DNA of 64,000 bases from Takakia lepidozioides. Its lineage: Eukaryota; Plantae; Bryophyta. A program made the translations under genes and the position numbers. The stretch is taken from NCBI GenBank assembly GCA_030704615.1, contig CM060733.1, positions 75,640,001 to 75,704,000 of the forward strand, given 5' to 3'. This document shows positions 1-15,000 of the stretch, piece by piece (positions within the stretch are counted from its first letter, which is position 1; every line of letters starts with the position of its first letter). Under the pieces are notes generated by a model, which was not told the DNA's origin, made no database searches, and was given only the letters and a program-made list of their open reading frames with translations.

Positions 1-3000
1 TCCTGGCCTTCATCTGCAGACGTGGTCTCCTTTCGAATTGCACACGATTCGAATGCATTTTCTCACCTGATTAGGTTTTCACAAGCTGGTAATGGGTGGG
101 GGGAAGGGGGGAGCCCTTCTGTTAGGGACGAGCCACGGTCTACATTGGGGAGTAATTCAGAGGAGTTGGGGCCTTGTAAGTTGGACAACAGTGGTTCCCC
201 TGCTTTGAAAGGAACAACTGGAGGAGAACAGGGTTATGAAGTTTCAGGAATTCTGTCGAACCCATCCTCTAATTTGATTGCCCTGGTCCTTGCCAGATGG
301 TCCTCAGAGCAGAGCCAACAGTTTAAGGGGTCAAGCAAGGAAGGTAAGATTGAAGTGAGTGAAGAAGGCAAGGAAGATGTTGTGCATAGGGCTAAGGAGG
401 AATGTGGAAGATGGAGGAAGAGTTGGAAAGGAAGTTCAGATCTGTGTGTGGTGATTGCATCGGTATATGACTGGGGCATGAAGTGGATTTCACATATAAA
501 CTTTGAGTGCACAAGCTCAGGCAAATTGACACATCAAAGCCCTTGGACAGATTTTGAGCTTGCAAATGAAATGTATCTTGGCCTGAAAGAGGAGGGATGT
601 GTCTATTTGTGGTCGGCACTGAGCGGGCAGTTTGTGGCCTGCATTGATGTGTTGGAGTACTGTGGATTCAAATTTTCAGGTGGACTAGTTGTCCATGACC
701 GGAGGGATTCCAATAGTGAAGGAATTGAAAATAATGCACAAGGAGAAGTTCGGAGACAAGAAACGATCTCAAAGGTTGATGGGATGACAGACAGGATTAG
801 TGACATACAAGACAAAAATGTTCAGTCCACAGACTCACCAGTTCTAGAGATGAGGAAAGGGTCTGCATTGCCTGCCAGAGAGATTGATGAATTTGATGAA
901 GTTCAAGGACAAGACGAGAGTGAGCAAGCTGTGGCAGAGAGGAGCCGCATCTCAGTGTCAAGTGAAGTGAACATTGGAAGTGGGAAACAGGATCGGTTTG
1001 TTCAGGTAGCAGTGACTGCAGATTGCTTGTTGATAGCCATCACTGATGAGCAAGGACTTGTGTATCTTGTCTCTGTGGATGAGTATTTTGCTGCACATCC
1101 CGTCCATTTTCAAATCTCTTCTCCCCCTCAGCCCCGCTCCAGCTGTTGCGACTTAAGGGTTTTGTCCAGCTGGGAGGTGGCTGGGTCAGATATTGTGGGT
1201 GCAAAGCCATGCAGCTTACTGCCTAATCGCCAATGGTTGAACTGGTCTCCTCAAGAGAAAAGCAAAGCTGTGCCTAACAGCACCTTGGAGAGAGAGGTCA
1301 GCATGATGAGTAGGCAGGGATCAAGTCGTACAGCAGAGAGGGAATCCGGACCGGGTCCCCCAACAGGAAGCACAATTGAGCGGTTAGGTCTTGGGGCAAG
1401 TGGCTTCACCTCAAGGGTGAGCCTGGCTCGGCATGGGGTTGCACCCGTGCCCTCCTTTGCAAGCCATTCAAAGCCCTTGCGAAGGGTTTTTCTTCCTATA
1501 AAGCAAAGTGAGTCCTTTGTGGGGATGGCATTGAATGCTTACGGGATCACAAGGGTGGCCGTGTCCACAAAGAATGTGCGAGAATTTATATTGGTGCAGA
1601 ATGGCTTGCGTGTTTCTGGAGGGCCCTTCGATGAGTCTTGGTTGGGTGGCAAAGACCATCCTGCCATTCAACAGTGTGTGAGTAGTCAGAAAACGTATGC
1701 AGGGGAAGTCCTAGCATTTGGCTCTCAAGGATGTCTCTACTTAGTGTCAGCTACTGCTCTCCATGTTGTCCTCCCCCCCCTGCCTGCCTCTACCCCTCTA
1801 TCTTCTTCTCTGACAGTTGGTCGCGAAGGTCCTTGGTGGCTCACTGGGTCTGGCTCTGACCCCGTGTCGAGCAAGTGGGAGGGTATGTTGCCTCTTCTCA
1901 GCAGCAGACCAGTGACCCAGCACTGGCAGACGGAAGTGCTGGATAGATCTCTTGTTTATGATGGCTTGGAGGAAGCTGAACGATTATGCATAGAAAATGG
2001 TGAGTCCATCTATCATCTGCGTAGATGAGGAGCAAACTTAACCGATATTATTAACTGTAGGGACTTGTGTTCTGTTGCTCTCCTGCTACTTGGTGATCTG
2101 TTGGAGCATAGGCACGTGCAATTTTTTCAATGTTCACGTTTACTGAAGTGTGCAGGATGGAGCCTGCAGCTATTACGATTGAGGAGGCTGCAGTTGGCAT
2201 TGGATTATGTACGGATTGATGAGATAGAGCAGTAAGCATGGGCTCTTCATCCTTGGTGGCTTACATTGTCTAGATGACAACTGCTTGGTATCGGATGACA
2301 CGTGACTAAAAGTCTTTTGACATGCTTCTGAAGATATATCTGGCCATTTACCATACTTAAATTGAACCCTGAACACTGATGCCAAACTGTCCACCACCTC
2401 TCATCAGGCCTCCTTATTTGATTGATTTTGTTTGTCGAATCGTTATTGAGCCACCCAATGAAAGGGCTGGCAGTCTGACAGCAAACCTCCACCTCCTAGT
2501 GGTTGACGAGAGGTGTTCTTGGCTTCAGAGTCTGTTGGGAGAGTTGCAACCCTGAGCCTGAGAAAGTAGCCATCAGAGGGCACTTAGTGACAGAGTACAA
2601 CTAAACCCTTCCTAGGGCTTTGCAAGTAGTTTGTTTGATGTTACTGTGTCGTGAAGACTGTAGGGCAACCCGTTTCAACACAATGCTGCAAGTGTAAAGC
2701 TGCCCACCTGTAGGTCCAGCTTGGGAGTCAAAAGACCCTCAACCGATTTGGCAGGCAGTGTGTCTGAGTATCCATAGAACCATATCCATATCCAGGGATC
2801 TTGATTTATGCTCCCCTCTAGGCTTGCATTCAGCTACACTCACAAGCATGGCTTTCCCATCTTAGCCCACTCACTGATGTCATTATCAATCAAAATGTAT
2901 GGCTCCCTTTTATCCTTCTGCTCTGCTGTGGCTGAAATGAATGCTATTTTGCAATGATCAGCACGTCTGGCCATGAGATAGCTGGAAATATATCACATGT

Positions 3001-6000
3001 GGTTGCTTGGCATCCATACAAATAGGAAGAGCCCTTGCATGTGAGTAACCCTGAGAACCACTCAGGTGCCAAGTAGTATGTCCACTACAATGTTTTGAAG
3101 GAGATCAAAGGCCTTTCTATCACTGGTGATACATCAGCAGTACTTTTTACATTGTCTGGTCCTTAAGGGCTACAGTCAACTGTGGCTTCAACCCTATTGG
3201 TTCACTAAGACGAGATCATTGGCTGCAGGGCATTGGAGGCACTGGTTCATGTAGGGGCAGCAGAGGCAGGTATGCCACGAGTACTGTTTGCAGCTGTGGA
3301 GCTCATGCTCAACCGTTTTGGCTCTGATAGTGAGCTCAAGCAAGCCTCCCGGTCAGTCTTATCATCCATCCCCCTTAATCATCTTCTGCCTTGAAGTTTC
3401 GTTGCACCCGAGTTGACAGACTTGTTCATTCTTATCTCAGTGTAGTAGCTTCCTTTCCTTGTCCTCTCTGTTGTTATTATTGCTCCGCATTATATGGACT
3501 ATTCCAGTGTTTAGTCTCTAGATATGTTGAAGGCGCAAATCTTCAAGCTAAGCCCTGTTGGGTGACAGGTCCTGTCATCTGTGTGGGTTCCTTAGATAAT
3601 ATACCCTATAATAGCTAGAAGTGGTACAATATCCCAGCTCTAGCATAGACTCAAGAGTGCACCGAAGTATTCTGAAGTCCAATTGTCTAGGATGCCCTGG
3701 ATTGGGGCATCCTACAGAGTGAACTTGAGGTAAAAGAGTTTTACTGTTGGATTTTCCTCCATCACTGGATGTGCCGTCATAAGCCTTTCTAGCTACTGGT
3801 TGACATTCTTACTTCCGTGGGATATAGTTTGTGCAATTGTGAGTTGTCTCACAGTATTATTTGGGCACCTGCAATGTCCAGGCTGCTGGCGCTAGCAGCC
3901 CGTTTCTCAACCAGGCTGGTCCGTCGGCACGGCATGGCAGGATTCCAAAAGCAGCACTCCCAGAAGACGGACGTCAATACCACAACTGCAGCTACTTCAT
4001 CCCCATTCCAGTCCACCAAGGAACCAAGCAAATTCAACAGTCCCAGTGGTGTAACTGAACTGGCACGCTTTTTAGAAGTGATTCGGAGTCTACAGGACCA
4101 TTTGCAGGCAAAACGAAGGGGACCCCACCGTGGCAGCAAGGTAAGCACTCCGCTCCAACTTTTGGTCTGTTTGGCATTGGTTTGGTTGGCCATGGAGGTG
4201 TAACTTGACATATTAGTTAAACATCTCATTAAGGTTGGATCTGTCAGTGGAAGTTGCTAGGACCTGTGTATCGTTAACCTGCCTATTGTTGTCAGGGTGA
4301 ATGAAGTCGAGGACTCCTGAATTGAAAGCTCAAGTCACATGATCACATCTCTGTTTCATGAGTTGCTCGAATTACCGTCTAATTGCGATGACCCTAATGC
4401 TGGGTTGTTGGTTGGGTATATAATGAGAAGTGCATGTCGTCAGGCATAGCTTGTCACTCAAAATGATTTGGTTTGACCAGTATTAGGAATGCATCCTAAG
4501 AATTGAGAAAATTTTCTTTTGACAATTGGCAAAAACATTGACTGGAACTTACATGGGACCACAGGGAGAAGTGAATACTGAAGGTTTGTTGATGGGAGGA
4601 GATGGAAAGAACAGACCCATTATTGAACTCCCTGCTGAAACACCAATTCAAGTTTCTCCTGATTCATATGATGCTACAGCTGTTGTGCCTGGAGAGCAAG
4701 CTAAGTTGCTGCTTGATACGCAAGACATGGCACGCCTGGTTCCAGCTTCTTCAGGGGCCCTGGTAGCCGCAGCAGGCCCCTCAGGAGGTAGTGCTGCCTG
4801 GGACTTTTCAGTTGGAGAAGTTCCAGAGGAAGCAAAAGGCAGACGGACCACTTCATTGGAAAGTGCCGGAGAGATGTTTGCACGGTGGGAGGCTGCAGGT
4901 GTTGATGCTGAGAATGTTGTGCGGGATGCTTTGCGGGCAGGACGTGTGCCACTGGCTGTGGTGCAGCTACATCGAATGCGCTCCAAGGCATTCATGGATG
5001 GTTCCCAAGACCATCGTCCAGAGATGGTTGATGTGTTTCAAGAAGTTCAGGAGATTGGCAAGGGAATTGTCTATGAGTTGCTCTGCAAGGTGAGCAGTTG
5101 TATGACACTTTCCTAGGCAGTAGCCATGGCTGAATGAAGCATCAGCAGGGTTGTCTAGTTTGTTAACAGCGGGGTATGCTCAAGGAGCCCCATTGATCAA
5201 CCAGAGCCGGTCTGTTTCAGCAAGCTTCTGTGAGGTTTTTCCTGTGGGTGGTGACTTGGTGAGGGACCTTTGAGGAGCCATCAGCAGTTGCTCCAAGAAA
5301 GACCGCTGTGTAGCATGTTTCAGGCCTTGAAACATAAAATGATGAACTACAAAATGCAGGACCTACTTTTCTGGTTAGATAGGCCTGGATATCCAAGCCT
5401 TGTGGTTGTAAGTTGCTGTAATCTGCACACTCAGTTTTACCTTCGACTACTCAATATGGATCATTTTGTGCTGAAAGATGTTGCACATCTACAGGGAAAA
5501 ACAGCACTAGCAATGGCGGCTCTTCGAAGGCTGGGGGAAGATATTGAGGTTGCCTTATATGAACTCGCCTTTGGAACAGTGCAGTGCAATCTCCGTAAGC
5601 AAGCCAAAATGGAGCTTCGACGGCACACCCGTCTTGGTTCTCATGATTTTCAGTTGCTGGAGATCACTTCGTACCTTGAGGTATTAGTTTTTACCATTAC
5701 ACCTTTGTGTTTGATCGTATGGCTTCACGTTGATCTAGATTCAGCTTTGTAGCCTTGCTTGGATGTTTTAGCTTGGATGTTTTGGCTTCAGTTGTAAAGA
5801 AATACTTGTGTATGTGATTGGAATTCACAAGACAGTTCTCATTTCTCGTTGTCACGTAAAGCGTTGTTCCATCCGGCTTCTCTTGCTCTCGAGGTGCATG
5901 CATTCTCGTGGTCATAATGCCGACTCACACAATCATCTGAAGTCTAATTGGATTTTTGAGGGTGTTATGAAGGGCCTATATCCCAGTAGCAGTTTCTGGG

Positions 6001-9000
6001 GCACATATGGGGCTCGACAGCGCAGTCGATCAGGCAACCGCACCGTCGATGTTGCAGCATCAGAAGAGGAGGATGGACTGAAGTTGCAACTATTTTGTCA
6101 CAGTAAGCTGGCTGGAGATTTCATTATCGAATGTGGGGAAGTGGATGGCGTGGTTTTGGGTTCTTGGAATGCCCATGCTGGTTATGAAGCTAAGGATGAT
6201 GTTGGGGAGGAGCAACATAAACCAGAAGCAGGGTACTTCGTAGTGGCAGCTGTATGGCTTCATGCTTGGGACCAGCGGACTGTTGATCGGGTAAGTAATC
6301 TGTCGCTTCATGCCCTTGACCTAACTCAAGCATTCTTCTTTGTGAACTAGCTGGTAAACATCCAACTGCTGAATCTGCCACTGGCTGCTACATGCCACTT
6401 GTAGAATTGACTGACCCTGAATGGAGTGATAAAGTTTCTTTCCTTCTTTCTGTTGAAAACCACCTGATATCAGTGCACTAAAACCAGAGAGTATAGCTAG
6501 TAAGCATTTACCAGGTGGAATTGAGGCCGACTTGACAGTGCTGTTAAGATGGGTGTCTACCTGCATGTCTGGTATTTTTACTACTGAATGTAGTACTTCC
6601 CTTCCACCATGTTGTTAGGTGTGTCGTCGTCCTCCATAAGCTGACAGTGATTTTCCTGAATCGTCACTCCGTCCAGCTCTCAACTTCGTAGGAGGCACTG
6701 GCATTTTACTGATAGGAATATGGACGTAAGGGGCTGGGTAGGACGGAAGGGTTGCTGGAGGCTTGATAGTGCAATACGAGAGTATTTTATTGACAACTAG
6801 GAAGGCAACAGTAGAATCTCCTGGTGTTGTAACTTGATCTATGCAACTGGACTGATTGCCATCGCCCTGTGTACACCTGGTTGAAATGCAGGTAATATTG
6901 GACCAGTCTCTAGTGACAGGGGAGCACACATCATGGGGGGCCCAATTGGAGTACCATGTGGCCCACCATAACTGGTCCCAGGTGTCTGCCTTACTTGATG
7001 CCATTCCTCATTCTGTTGTGTATGAAGGGGAGCTGCATGTCCACCTAGACTGTGATGATGCTGTCAAGTCCTTTGCCGAAGGCATGACACATCCAGGTGT
7101 GACGGAAGAGGTATATTCGGACAAAGCTCCCCAACAATGGTCAGCAAGCACTGCCAAAGCAGTTATACCAAAGGTACATGTGCTGGGAATTAACATGAGA
7201 TCAATGTGCAGTGCATGGTTGTGGCACATGATGGAAGAGAAGCTGGCAAAGAGCCACATCTTCTTGCGCACTCAGTGGCATGGGACCTCTGAGCTTGTGT
7301 CTTTATTAGCAACGGCTGGCCTCCTCTTTCACCGTATTGGTGCTCGAGGTGCAAGTAGCAAAGGCAGGCAGCAGTTTGCAGCTTGGGTGGGGGCGGGTCT
7401 CCCTCATGGCTCCACGCAGTTTCACAGGGATTCTGTACGAGCAGTGCATGAACTGGTGGTGCGTCACTGTGTTAGGCACTCACTTGTCAATCTACTCGAG
7501 CGGTATCTCAACCACCACTCATTAGCCCTTGACAAGGTGTCGGCTGCCCTTATGCGGTCTGTTGTGGTACGCTTACATTCTGACCAATTCGTGGCTTGGA
7601 CTGGATTTGCTAGTGCCTTGGCTTCCTCATCATTATTCTTCAAAGGCAGATGCTGCAATGATAGTCACTTAATAACCAGCTGGGGTGTGGAGCTGTAAGG
7701 AAGCCTACCTACCAATCGCCAGTGATCAAGTTTGTAGAAGTGACCACTGTGCATTCCCAATCAAGCCATGCATAGTGTTCAGATGTGGATTTGCATAATC
7801 TAAACCAGGGGGTTTGGAGTTAAGGATGGTGGAAAATGTCTGGTTTTTTTTTTCTGATCAAGGTTCTCCTTGCATAATTTTCTTCGTCCTCCAGAGGGGC
7901 ATTGAGACTTTGTGGGTTGCTTTTACGTTCTATTACCTCTGATGGTGCACAGTGGAAATTACTGGATATGAAGAAGACTTGAAGAAGCTTCATTGAGATT
8001 CCCAGCCAACCATGTGCATGGTGAGGGTGGACAGGGAAACTGCGAGTGGGCACAGTGGCTGCTCCTCTCGCGGCTCAAGGGGCGTGAGTACGATGCTTCC
8101 TTTGCAAATGCCCGCTGCATTCTGGCTCCAAGCACTCACCCTGGCAGGAACTTGGAAAGTGCTGATGCCAACCATTCCATTGCTACGGTGAACGACATGG
8201 CTGCTGCTGGAAGAGAGATCATAGCCCTTACGACACTAATGTACGCTCCACATCCACTCCAGAAGTGTTTAACTACAGGGAGTGTTAACAGCTCCATGGG
8301 ACAATCCTGGCAATCTTCACTGGAAAATATTCAGCCGGGACTGCAGAATTATCCCACCTTGTGGCATAGCCTGGTGGCTGCTAGCTTTGGGCAGGATTCC
8401 TGGGGCTTTTATTCTTCTCCTTCCCCAAAGGCTGGTACTGCCCTGCCCTTCTCGAAGATTGAAATGATATGCCTGTTACTTCTTTCTGTTTGGTCTGTCT
8501 TTCTCTCTCACAAATGCATGTGCATGCTGTTTCCGGACAATTTGTCAATCCTCGTAATGGTTGTCTTTTTGGTGTATGCATAAGGGGTAAGCATGAGAGG
8601 GTTGCCAAGCTACCTGGAGTGGCGGGAATCCCTCTTTGCATCTGCTGCTGGTGATACATCGCTGCTTCAAATGCTACCTCGCTGGCTCCCCAAACGTGTC
8701 CGTCGGCTTCTTCAGCTTTCCATTCAGGTTTCTATCCGCTATTGCAAATTTGTGCTACTTCTGGTTATACGTGAGCCTTCTGTTCAAATTTTTGTCTTTT
8801 CTGATAGACATGTTAGTTATGCCTGGGGAGGTCTGCTGATATAGGAAAGGAATATATCCTAAAGATGATCAGAAAGGGGGAATTCAAAGATGTAAGCAAT
8901 CAAGGGCTGCATTCTGTTTAGGTGATTGTGGAAGAGCTTTTGTTTTTCCATACATAACATATATATAGCCCAATACATGTTCCACCTTCAATGGAAGAGG

Positions 9001-12000
9001 TCAATTTTATTGGGAATCTGTTCATGTGCAAATGGTGTGGGGCCAGGGACCTGTTGGAGGGGGCCAAGCCGTGTTGCAATGTGGGAGTGAGGCAGCGGTG
9101 AAAGTGGCAGTAGCAGAGGCTGCTGCTGGAGAACGAGCAGCACGTGCTGCAGAAGTGGAGATGGAGGAAGATAGCGTGCTCGGGTGGGAGGCCTCCATCC
9201 AGTCTAACATTGAGGAGGAGCTTTATGCCCCATCGTCTGAGGTCAGTTAATTCCTCCATGATCTGTCTGTACTTCGACTAGCACATTCCATCAGAAGGGC
9301 CCCATCAGAAAAGGCTGGTTGCGGACATTGTATGGAAACTGTCAACATTTTGTATTGTAAGAAACTGAAACCCCAATCTGAGATTTTCCAGGAAATGGCA
9401 TCTTGGTTACAATGACTGTGTTGGTTGCTTTGTAATATATTCTTGGTGGGATCAGCATCATTTTCAATGTTGTTTTATCTGTTACCTTCCCCTTGTCTCT
9501 TAGTCTGTTTGAGAGTTGGCCTGTGATAACGGGAAATACACTCTGATTCGAGTTGAACCGTTTCCTTAAATACTTACCCCTGGTTGTGTAGGATATGATC
9601 ACCTCCTTCCTAGTCTGGCTGCTTGGGTGACTGCGGATGACTGACTGTTATTTCTGCTTTAGTTCAACCATGATATGGATTCACTGCTGCAAGACCCTAA
9701 TGATTTCATATGTGATACACAAGATGACACTGGGACTGCAGGAGGCAGGGCTGGGAGTGGAGCATCATTTGCGGCGTGGTCGTGCGTTGGCTGCCTTGAA
9801 CTCTCTCCTTGCTATACGTGCACACACATTGGGCTCTTCTGTTGAACAGTCGGGGAAACCCATGCCCTCTTCATCCGAAGCTCAGGTGTTGTTGTCAAGC
9901 TTGACAGAGAGCGAGAAAAAGCTGATTGTGTCGGTATGTGAACTCTGTACCCCCTGGCACACGTTGAGGGGAATGCATTAGATGTCTTTGAGCGTTGTCA
10001 AAGATGCTTTTCGCTCATTTCGCTTTCCTCTCTTTTCAGTACTTCATGTCAAGGTTGTTCATATCTGCAGGTACTTCCCTTAGCCATTACAAACTATGAA
10101 AATACAGTGATCGTGGCCGCTTGTGCCTGCTTCCTCGAACTGTGTGGGCTCTCTGCTCACCTACTGCGGGTAGATGTGGCAGCACTCCGTCGGATCGCCC
10201 AGTATCTCAAGAGACAAGACCAAATTGAGGGTACTTCTTCGGCAGGTGCAACAGCATCACGAGAGACTACAGCTGTTGCAAAATTATATGGAGCTGATGT
10301 TGCAGGGTCACTTGCCAGGGCATTGGCAGATGAATATCTGAATGCTGGCATTGGAATTTTAAGCAGCAAACCTGTAGAATCAGTAGAAAGGGGTAATGTG
10401 AACCGAAGGCCTAGTAAAGCTGTTTTGGCAATACTGCAGCAACTGGAAAAGGCTAGCCTCAAGGATGAAGAGCCAAAGGTGGAGGGCTCCTCTGGTGCTT
10501 GGCTGTTGAATGCTTCTGGGGATGGATCTGAATTGCGAGCTATACAACGTTCCATGAGTGAACGCTGGAGCCTTGTCACCGCTTTCTGTCGTGCACATCA
10601 GCTTCCCTTGAGCACCACCTATCTTAGAACACTTGCAAGAGATAATGACTGGGTATGCTCTCATGAAGTATCACCACTCTGCTGCACTTTGTTTTGCAGT
10701 ACATTAGGTTTGTCACCTAAGAGCATCCACAATTATTGGCCTGAATTCAAGCATGTCTCCATATGTCTCTCCATGTCTGTATTTGAGTAAAGCATCGAGA
10801 AAACTATTCTGTGTGGCATTCCACCTGGTTGCAAGGTTATGCCAACCCAGAGATTTGTACGTCATTACTTTACTCATTGCAATGAATCTTTTCATTGTCA
10901 CATCATTTGCCTTGTTACAGGTGGGGTTTTTGGCCGAAGCTCAAGTAGCGAGTTGCCCTCTGGATGTGCTCCTCATACTGGTAAGATGCAGTTGTTGTGT
11001 ATATGTGGATGCAGTGATCTAACATCAAAGGTTGTGGTGGTACTAGTGTTTGTTGAATAGGCGATGGTGCATGAATGTGCTCCTATGTTTCTGTCCGTTC
11101 CCCGCTGGTAGGTGTCTTCTCGTTCGTTTAATCCCTCTTCCATGCATGAGCGTGTCTTTAGGGGCTGTTTTCAAAGACATCTCTCTCTCATTGCACTCCT
11201 GGCTGGAGTGGCCAGCTATGGGTTGTGTATGTCTTTTGTGTTGTCCATGATGGTCTTTGTTTCTGGTGTGCAGGCCTCAAAAGAGTTCACAGACATCCGA
11301 TTGCAAAGTCATGTCCTGACAGTGTTGAAGAGTTTGCCAGCAGCACCACAGAAGCCATCTGTCGTAACTGGTTTGGCTGGGTTGCAAGGAGATGGATTGC
11401 TAGATGTCAATATTGGAATGCCAGCAGAATTGTTTGGCCTATTGGCAGAGTATGAGTTGCGTAAGGACTCAGGGTCTGCGCTGCTTGCCAAGGCCAAAGA
11501 GTTGAGGTGGCCACTTCTTGCAGTTGTGGCCTCATGTTTTTCAGATGTCACAGCACTATCTTGCTTAACCGTGTGGCTGGAGATTACTGCAGCCAGGTTT
11601 TCCCCTTGTACATCTGCTCTTTTAGTCTTTTCCTGATGTTTCCTTCATCATTGCATAGCATCTAAGCGTATATAGTGCTTTCATGTCTTGCCTACTGGCT
11701 TATATGGTAATTGTTTCCAGCAGTAACTCTACAATATCTGGGTCGGGTATTTTGCTGAAACTGGACACATGGTACTGGCAGGGAAACTTCAGCCATACGT
11801 GTGACTGATGCAGCTGCTCATATCTCAGCTTGTGTGGGAGCTGTTGTGGAAGCAACCAATTCTCTGGTCAAGAGCACCGCAGTGTTCCCATTCAATCGCA
11901 AAAATCCCAAAAGACGACGTCACATATCGCCAGCCAACATTACAAGCTCACAAACAAATGAGCCTCAGGCTGGCTTCAAGGAGGCTACTGATGGGCCTAG

Positions 12001-15000
12001 CCTTACCTTCACTGCTGACAGTCCAGGTACCTCGGTCCATGAAAAGGGAGGGCTTGGAACCGCACCAAAAGTGCATATGTGGAATTGTGAGGTGCCCAGC
12101 CAAGTCGATAGGGGTGCTGAGCAGGAGTCACTTGCAGTTATGGTGGCAGTGCTTTGTGAGCAGCAGCGGTTTGTTCCTCTGCTAAGGGCGTTTGAGTTGT
12201 TCACTCCAACTTCATCCCTCCTGCCCTTCATCCGCTTTCTTCAGGTGTGTGGCAGATACAGTGCATTCAGCTGTTGAGTGCCTATGAGGCGGAACTAGGT
12301 TTGCTCTTTTGAAGCTGTGTAGTTGGGAAGCTCATGAGTTATCAATTGGTTATTGTAGGAAACTTGGACTTTTTCTTTAGTACCAGAGGCTGTAGTTGCA
12401 ATTTCTGTAAATTATTTTCAAGTGAAAAACCTTAGTATTGATATTGGAGTTGAAGGAGATGAAGGTAAGAAATACAATACATACAAACTCAGTGTGGTGA
12501 TCATGTGATTCACATCAGTTGCCAAGCTGTTTTCCAAAGAAACCAGTGCAGAGCGGAGAGCCTGCTGTGCCGGGCCGCTAGCCACATTAGCCTTGTGTCT
12601 TTAGATCAGAACGGCACTGCTAACAATCACAGGGAGTTGGGTGGCCAGGCATTTGCACAGATGCGGATCTCCGAGGCGTCAGCACACTTGGCAGCATTTT
12701 CAGCCCTCTTGAAAGAAGAGACGCATCAGCATAACCAGCAGATCAAGAATGGGAAGAACAGCACAGCATGGATCACAGCCGCTGCGGTGGCTGCTGCAGA
12801 TGCTATGCTGGAGGCCTGCCCATCCCCTTATGAGCGCCGCTGCCTTCTTCAGCTACTTTCAGCAGCAGATTTTGCGGATGGAGGGATGGCGGCAGTGCGG
12901 TTTCGCCGCTTTTACTGGAAGATGCAGTTGGCAGAGCCTGCTTTGCGGCCAGGGATCGATTCGGTTCCTGACGGCCCCAATCTGGACAATGATGCTTTGT
13001 TGGTATCACTGGAAACCAGTGGGCAGTGGGAAGAGGCACGTACCTGGGCACATCAGCTGGATCTGAATGGGGAGCGCAGGGGCTCTGCCATCCACCATGT
13101 CACTGAGACACAGGTAAACCCCAGCAGAGAGTGCTAGTGCAGGTCCAAATCCATCTTTTACTAGTTATTAAGAAGCTGCAATTTTATCTTGATCAAGGTC
13201 TGGAGCAGTAAGCTTTCTGGTTGCTGACAAGTTGTCAGGATGGTATATAGGACCATGATGAGCTAGACTGCACCTTAGACCTACTTGTTATGACTTAACT
13301 CTGGAACAGGATAATTTCTGCCAAAGGTTAATATATTTGCTTTAAAACTTGCAAAATATGGTCAAGATTTGACTCAAGTCTCTTTCCCTCCAATCCTGTG
13401 TTTTTCTTACTTCTGATTGTGTTGGGCCATTCAGCCTGGTTGCCCACACTGGAAAGTCACAGGTTTTTTGTCTTAAGGGAGTCCCAGGAAGAGATTTTCT
13501 GGATACAGATCTGCATGTTCAATCTTGACAACTAGTAATTAATTGTTTGTAGTGACTAGGCATAGCTATGTAAGTCAAGTTGCACTATGTATATACTTCT
13601 TGGGTTCTAGACTCAAACTAAGGCAAGCAGGTGAGGGAGCTGATGACAACCACAGTGGTTGGCTGGCAGGCTGAAGCAATGGTGGTGGAGTGGAAAGAGC
13701 TCCTTTGGGATGTGCCTGAGGAGCGTGCTGCTCTCTGGGAACATTGTCAAGCTCTCTTTACCAAGCACTCCTTTCCTCCACTACGGGTCAGTGCTCTCGA
13801 CCCTTTCCTGGTGTGCTTAGCAAAGCAAAATGAGCACTTGAGGGGTCCACTCAATGTCTGATATTATTAGAATAGAATCACCCATCAAGTGATGGGTGCC
13901 GGTCTCTAGTAAATTGTTTGAAAGTTGTTAGAAAATGAACTTTGCACGGGGCCTGATTATGACCCCTCATAACTGTTAACTGACAAACCTCAAATCCCAA
14001 AGACTACATGCTAGGAATCGAAAGGGTACTTTCTTATATGAGTTTCGCCCGACATTAAGCAAATGGTTATACCTCCTCTATGTTCCTTTGCTCTCTCAGT
14101 TCTTGCCCCAATGCTGCAAGGTAGCTGCATGTTTGAGGAGCATGGGTGGATTGTGTTGCAGGCAGGCATGTTTTATCTGAAACATGCAGATGGAGTGGAG
14201 AGAGAGGTCCCAACAACTGAGTTGCATGGCATTCTGTTGCTAGCGCTGCAGTGGCTCAGTGGCTCCTTCACCAATACTTCGCCGTACTCTCCCTCTCTCT
14301 CTCTCCCGGTTTTTCTTTGTGGTTCTGTGTTGTTCAACTTGTGTCCCTTGGGCCTTTCAGATCTCCATCATCATAATTTTTTTTTCCTTTGCCTGCGTCT
14401 CTCTCTCTCCTGCAGTGGTAGCATTCAACGACAGAGGAGAGGGAGGAAGTGATCTTAAGTGGCAGTGGGGTAGCCAAGAGATCCCGGTCCTCCCTTCCTA
14501 CACTTACCTGGGCGTTGAGTTCTCCTCCAATTGTAATTGGGATGCACATATCCGGAAAGTTGTTCAAACTGGCAAGGGCAAAGCTCTGGGGCTCACTAAA
14601 TTTTTCCACTGCAGAGGGGTCAACTCTGAGGTCAAGAAAACCATGCTTTGTCGCGTTATTAGACCTGCCTTGGAGTACGGATCTGCTATATGGGTTGATA
14701 ACTCCAACCAGGCTAAGTCTCTAGAATCCATTCAAGTGGGGGTGCTTAAGGAGTGTATGTCAGCATGCTCCAAAACAGCCAATGTGGCTGTTCGGGGTGA
14801 GTTTGGCATTCCGTCCTTAAGCTCCCGACGAGATGAATTCAAGGTCAGATGGTGGGGTCAGCTGCAACATATGCCCAACACCAGATATCCTAAGTTAATC
14901 GACTCTATATCTTGGAAACAGGACCGCCCTGTCAAACAGGCTAAGTCCTGGCAGAAGAGAGTAGAAGAGATCCTCAAGGACCTGGACCTGGATCCGCAAG